64,000 nt of DNA from Sedimentisphaerales bacterium (GTDB lineage Bacteria > Planctomycetota > Phycisphaerae > Sedimentisphaerales > Anaerobacaceae), in NCBI GenBank assembly GCA_963708075.1, contig OY970194.1, positions 2,784,001 through 2,848,000 on the forward strand, read 5' to 3'. The notes below the pieces were generated by a model, which saw nothing but the letters and a program-made list of their open reading frames with translations, was not told where the DNA came from and did not search any database. Position 1 is the first letter of the stretch; each line of letters starts with the position of its first letter. This document shows positions 59,502-64,000 of this stretch, piece after piece. The translations under genes and the position numbers were made by a program.

Positions 59502-61085
59502 ATGGACGCCGTATTGATGCAGTTCACGACGCTTCAAGCCGGCATCGCCACGATCGTTAGCTTCATCCTTGGGGCCTGCCTTTGGGCCATTGTCCTCCAG
59601 ATGTTCGCCAGAACACGGAACAAGACACGGGCAGAGGACCTCCAAAGGCAACTCGATGGAGCTAAACGAGAGGCGGAGAACATTATCAAATCCGCCCAGA
59701 TCGAGGCCGCCGCTGAAGCCATTAAGAAGAAAGAAGAGTTCACCGCCGAGGCCAACCAGACTCGAACCGAGTTGCGGGAGGCCGAGAACAGGCTCTCAAA
59801 ACGGGAGGATGCCCTGAATCGCCAGAGCGAATTCCTCCAGCAGCAGGAAAAGGGCCTGAAAGAGCAGGAACAGGAACTGGACCGACGACTTCGCAACACC
59901 GAGTTGAAGGACAAGCAGTTATCGGTCCTGGTCGCGCAGCAGAAGAACCAATTGCTCAAGATCACCGCTATGAGCATTGATGATGCCCGGGAGCTCCTGC
60001 TAAAACGCCTGGAAGACGAGTGCGAACACGAGATGTCCGCCCTGATCCAGCGCAAGGTCGAGGAGGCGGAAGAAACGGCGGAGGAAAAGAGCCGGCACGT
60101 GATCAGCACGGCTATCCAACGCTATGCCGCCGAGCAGACCTGCGAAGTGACCGTCTCGACCGTGGATATCCCCAACGACGACATGAAAGGCCGGATCATC
60201 GGCCGGGAAGGCCGCAACATCCGGGCCTTCGAGAAGGCCACCGGCGTCGACGTCATCGTGGACGATACCCCCGGCATGGTTGTGGTCAGCGGCTTCAACC
60301 CGGTCCGCCGGGAGGTCGCACGCCTGTCCATGGAAAGGCTCATCCAGGACGGCCGAATCCACCCCTCCCGGATCGAGGAACTGGTCGCCCAGACGAAGAC
60401 CGACGTCAACCATAAGATCTTCCAACTCGGCAAGGACGCGGCGGTCGAAACCAACGTCCGCGGCCTGCCCAATAAGGTCATGAGCGTGCTTGGGGCCCTG
60501 GCCTACAGGACCAGCTACGGCCAGAGCGTCCTGCGCCATTGCGTCGAAGTCGCCTTCCTGGCTCAGGCCATGGCCGATGAGCTCGGTCTGGACGGCTCGA
60601 TGGCCCGCAGGGCCGGCCTGCTCCACGATATCGGCAAGGCCATCGACCACGATGTCGAGGGAAGCCACCCGGATATCGGGGCCAACTACCTCAAGCGGTT
60701 CAACGAGTCACCGATCGTACTCAATGCGGTGGCCGGGCATCACGGCGATGTGCCGCCGGACAACCCGTATACGCCGCTGGTTGCCGCCGCGGACGCCATC
60801 AGTGCATCGCGGCCCGGCGCCAGACGCGAGACCCTGGAGCGGTATATCAAGCGGCTGGAGAAGCTCGAGGAAATCGCCACCAGTTTCAAGGGCGTCGAGA
60901 GCGCGTATGCCATTCAGGCCGGACGCGAGATCCGCGTCATCGTCAACGCCAACGAGGTCGATGATGAGGCGGCCATGAAGGTCGCCCGCGATATCGCTCT
61001 GAAGGTCGAGCAGGAAATGACCTATCCGGGCGAGATCCAGGTGACCCTGCTCCGCGAGGTCCGCTGCGTCGAGTACGCAAAGTAA
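59502..61085 (+). CDS. rny: Ribonuclease Y
   Basis: N-terminal TM helix, coiled coil, KH MKGRIIGREGRNIR, HD LLHDIGKA, ADAISASRPGAR, YAIQAGREIRV. Confidence 0.97.
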   Translation: MDAVLMQFTTLQAGIATIVSFILGACLWAIVLQMFARTRNKTRAEDLQRQLDGAKREAENIIKSAQIEAAAEAIKKKEEFTAEANQTRTELREAENRLSKREDALNRQSEFLQQQEKGLKEQEQELDRRLRNTELKDKQLSVLVAQQKNQLLKITAMSIDDARELLLKRLEDECEHEMSALIQRKVEEAEETAEEKSRHVISTAIQRYAAEQTCEVTVSTVDIPNDDMKGRIIGREGRNIRAFEKATGVDVIVDDTPGMVVVSGFNPVRREVARLSMERLIQDGRIHPSRIEELVAQTKTDVNHKIFQLGKDAAVETNVRGLPNKVMSVLGALAYRTSYGQSVLRHCVEVAFLAQAMADELGLDGSMARRAGLLHDIGKAIDHDVEGSHPDIGANYLKRFNESPIVLNAVAGHHGDVPPDNPYTPLVAAADAISASRPGARRETLERYIKRLEKLEEIATSFKGVESAYAIQAGREIRVIVNANEVDDEAAMKVARDIALKVEQEMTYPGEIQVTLLREVRCVEYAK

Positions 61086-61110
61086 GCTCAGCAATTGCGA
61101 GAAACCAGAC

Positions 61111-61148
61111 GTGGGTCGAGCAGGTCCGACAGGTCCTGCTCGACCCAT
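61111..61148. repeat. 14-bp stem hairpin between rny and ymdB
   Basis: GTGGGTCGAGCAGG / CCTGCTCGACCCAT; no U-tract. Confidence 0.6.
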
Positions 61149-61169
61149 GATTGCCTTGAGATCGTTTCA

Positions 61170-62018
61170 ATGAAGATCAACATCCTATGCATCGGTGATG
61201 TCGTCGGCCGGCCGGGCCGGAGGGTCCTGGCGGACAAGCTCAGGAACCTGGTGAACGAGCGGTCCATCGACTGCGTCATCGTCAACGCGGAGAACGCCGC
61301 CGGCGGGTCCGGGCTCACCCCGCAGATCTACCAGAAGCTGCTCAACTACGGCGTGAACCTGATCACGCTGGGCGACCACGCTTTCCGCAAGCGAGATATC
61401 ATCGAGACCCTGGAGACAGCCACCAACATCGTTCGACCGGCCAACTTCTCCGAGAGCGCCGCCGGCAGAGGCACAGGCGTCTACCTGACCGGCAAGGGGA
61501 CGACCGTTGGCGTCCTGGCCCTGATCGGCCGGCTCTTCATGAAGCCGGCGGACTGCCCCTACGCCGCCGCCGACAAGTGGATTCCCAGGCTCCAGCAGCA
61601 GGCGGACATCCTCGTCGTCGATTTCCACGCCGAGGCCACCAGCGAGAAGATCGCGATGGGATACCACCTCGACGGCCGGGCCAGCGTCTGCTTCGGCACC
61701 CATACCCACGTCGCCACCGCCGACGAGACGATCCTGCCCAAAGGCCTTGCCTACATCACCGACATCGGCATGACCGGCGCCCACGACTCCGTCCTCGGCC
61801 GAAAGACCCAGAGCGTCCTGAAGTCCTTCCGCACCCAGATGCCCGTACCCTTCGAGGTCGCCACCGGCGACGTCCGCATGAACGGCATCCTCGTCACCGT
61901 GGACAGCAACACCAAGCGCGCTGAGCACATCGAGCGTATCTGCGTCAAATCCGAAATCGAGGACGCCACCCACTACGACGCCGACGACGGCCGCCCCGAA
62001 TACTTCAGCGCCTTCTAA
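61170..62018 (+). CDS. ymdB: YmdB/TIGR00282 family metallophosphoesterase
   Basis: IGDVVGRPG, NAENAAGG, DFHAEATSEK, GTHTHV, TDIGMTG; follows rny. Confidence 0.92.
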   Translation: MKINILCIGDVVGRPGRRVLADKLRNLVNERSIDCVIVNAENAAGGSGLTPQIYQKLLNYGVNLITLGDHAFRKRDIIETLETATNIVRPANFSESAAGRGTGVYLTGKGTTVGVLALIGRLFMKPADCPYAAADKWIPRLQQQADILVVDFHAEATSEKIAMGYHLDGRASVCFGTHTHVATADETILPKGLAYITDIGMTGAHDSVLGRKTQSVLKSFRTQMPVPFEVATGDVRMNGILVTVDSNTKRAEHIERICVKSEIEDATHYDADDGRPEYFSAF

Positions 62019-62080
62019 GAACAACCTAGGCCGGACCCGGCAATTGGGTTTGTTTCACACAGCCTGGCCATTTCAAACGC

Positions 62081-62863
62081 TCAGTACGAGCCCGGCACGC
62101 CATGAGAATGCCACGCTACACGTCGCACGCACCGTGGCAGGGCCCCGGCCCCGGTCGCCGACCCTCGCAATTGGCTTTGTTTTGCAGAATCGGTCCCGCT
62201 CGTAGGGTGGGCTGTGCCCACCACTGTCTCAGCAGCCGATTGGCTTTGTTTTGCAGAACAAGGGTTGTTCATGGCCATGGGGTCGAGAGACGCAAGATGT
62301 TGCGTCTCTACAGAAGAATGCGTCGCCGACGCCCGGGCAAGCTGGAACTGGCGCAGCTCTCTGGTGGTCTTGTACAGGCAGTTCTCGATCCAGCGCTCGT
62401 ACGTCAGCAGCCGCTCCAGGGAGCGCTCATAGGCAAAGTCCCTGGCGATCATGCGGCCGATCGCCAGCCGGGGATCGGCGCTCGGATCGCTCATCAGCTC
62501 CTGCTCGTCCTCAGGCGTCAGCTCATCGGGCAAGTCCTCCATGGATTCAGCCAGTTCCTTCGCCAGCAGGGCATCGAAGACCTCGTTCTGCAGCCGTTCG
62601 GCTCGTCTGAGCCGCCACGAGAGCCCGACGAACCGCTGGGCGAGCACGCATTCGGCATCCCCCAGCGGCGACAGATCATCGAGCAGCCCGGCGCGATACC
62701 GCTCAAATTCCTGCGGATCTTCGCCCAGGACGACATCCTGCCGGGCGCACAGGCCATGCTTGAGGGCATTCATGGCGACGACGGCCTTGCCCTGCCGGGT
62801 CCTCGGCCCGGTGCTCTTGGCGGCGTTACGACGATTGGCGGTGACTTGAGCTTCTGTTGCCAT
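62081..62863 (-). CDS. Hypothetical protein (ANRRNA.KSTGPRT..GK family) with a repeat-derived C-terminus
   Basis: AGGAGG RBS; N-terminus AQ..ANRRNAAKSTGPRT..GK....NALKHG; tail built from REP-like units. Confidence 0.75.
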   Translation of the reverse strand: MATEAQVTANRRNAAKSTGPRTRQGKAVVAMNALKHGLCARQDVVLGEDPQEFERYRAGLLDDLSPLGDAECVLAQRFVGLSWRLRRAERLQNEVFDALLAKELAESMEDLPDELTPEDEQELMSDPSADPRLAIGRMIARDFAYERSLERLLTYERWIENCLYKTTRELRQFQLARASATHSSVETQHLASLDPMAMNNPCSAKQSQSAAETVVGTAHPTSGTDSAKQSQLRGSATGAGALPRCVRRVAWHSHGVPGSY

Positions 62864-63004
62864 AGGCAATTCCTCCTAAATCTATGGTATTTGATTTGCG
62901 CTACATGTCATATTCCCACATTCACGGACTCGCTCATCCACTTGTCACCGGCTGCCGACCGCACTGGCGGCCGCCGTGCGTCGCTATGTCGCGACGATAC
63001 CCGC

Positions 63005-63032
63005 AGTATAACTCCAGATGCTAGTTTGTCAA
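63005..63032 (-). promoter_or_regulatory. Sigma70-type promoter TTGACA-N16-TATACT
   Basis: Near-consensus boxes ~140 nt upstream of 62863. Confidence 0.65.
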
Positions 63033-63175
63033 CTACGAAACTCCCACGGCCTCCGTGTTGCCTGCAACCTCTTGTCCCCCAAGGACTAAGGAACTATCGA
63101 AACATCCTTTAATATCATCAGTTGTGCTTATTCTGTGACACGTAGTACTCTGACCACACTAAAGATGTGAGTATC

Positions 63176-63333
63176 GGGTGGCAGCGGCAAGCGGAGTCCT
63201 CGGAGCTTGCCGATGGTGTTCCGCATATAGCGAGCCATCGGCAAGCTGCGCTTGCCGCTGCCACCCATCGTAAGCAATGCACTTTGCCCACAACTTTAAG
63301 ATGGTCGCAGTAGTAGGGTGTGCACCGCACACC
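63176..63333. repeat. GGGTGGCA...TGCCACCC element plus GTAG-type REP
   Basis: 63176-63266 palindrome; GTAGGGTGTGCACCGCACACC at ~63313-63333. Confidence 0.8.
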
Positions 63334-63555
63334 GATTCCCCTCCCCCCACACCTATCGGGAGAGCCGGGCGTACATCAAGAATTGAGTACCCCTCTGTCA
63401 GAAACGCGGAAGGAAGAGTTGTCAGGACATACAGAGGTTCTTGTGATGCGGCCGATACTCTTAGAGGCTCTAACAGAATGAGCCTCACTATGCCACGTGG
63501 AGAGCAGCGCATCCAGAACAAGAACCACGAAACGGATTACAGAGCACGTTAAGTC

Positions 63556-64000
63556 TCAATGGTTGTGGCGATGATGTACATCCGGGAAATGCTCGTGGTT
63601 ATGAATCAGCGGCGCATGCCGGTGCTGGTGATTGTGCTTCCTACCGGGGGGTCCCGACTCGTCGTGCTTGTGCTGATGGTGCGCATCGTGGATATGCTCA
63701 TGCTCATGCTCCAGCGCTTCGTGCGTGTGTTCGTGAGGGTGCCGTTCGGTCAGATGCAGCCAGACGCCCAGCGCCATGAGAGCGCCGGCGATCAATAGCC
63801 GCGGGCTGACCGATTCACCCAGGAGCGGAATCGCCAGCAGCGCGCCGAAGAATGGTGCAACGGAGAAGTAGGCTCCGGTTCTGGCCGTCCCGAGATGACG
63901 CAAGCCCACTACGAACAGAGACAGACTGACTCCGTAGGCGAGCCAGCCGACCAGCATCGCTCCCAGGAGATTGGGTAGAGGGGGCCACTTCGCACCCAGC
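63556..64000 (-). CDS. DMT/EamA transporter with His-rich C-terminal tail (5' end beyond the window)
   Basis: YGVSL.LFV..LR.LGTART.AYFS.APF.G; tail HEHTH...HEHEHIHDAHHQHKH...HFPDVHHRHNH. Confidence 0.88.
   Translation of the reverse strand, partial: LGAKWPPLPNLLGAMLVGWLAYGVSLSLFVVGLRHLGTARTGAYFSVAPFFGALLAIPLLGESVSPRLLIAGALMALGVWLHLTERHPHEHTHEALEHEHEHIHDAHHQHKHDESGPPGRKHNHQHRHAPLIHNHEHFPDVHHRHNH

Overview
GC-rich chromosomal segment, most likely from a planctomycete (Phycisphaerae/Sedimentisphaerales-like). That placement is inferred from Tat-exported Gfo/Idh/MocA oxidoreductases, HzsA-like heme proteins, LamG/dockerin-like secreted proteins and DUF6807. It holds about 45 protein genes: polX, corA, a THEP1-like NTPase, a Clp1-type polynucleotide kinase, many carbohydrate enzymes including a 7-gene sugar cluster, fhs-folD, an NCS2 permease with a lipoprotein MTA/SAH nucleosidase, and rny-ymdB. 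It also holds tRNA-Leu(TAG) and a dense set of REP-like palindromic repeat families. No CRISPR array, integrase, transposase or reverse transcriptase was seen. The most unusual signals are: (1) a 48-bp coding segment (45/48 identical, 31-bp exact) shared in inverted orientation and in the same reading frame by two unrelated genes 9.9 kb apart; (2) a ~490-nt highly structured non-coding region between a sigma70 promoter and rny, possibly 6S RNA or a larger new RNA; (3) an NTPase-Clp1 pair near polX/DUF72; (4) three single-base frameshifts, possibly assembly errors; (5) several gene remnants and repeats recruited into coding sequence. Family calls come from motif recognition by eye, not database searches.
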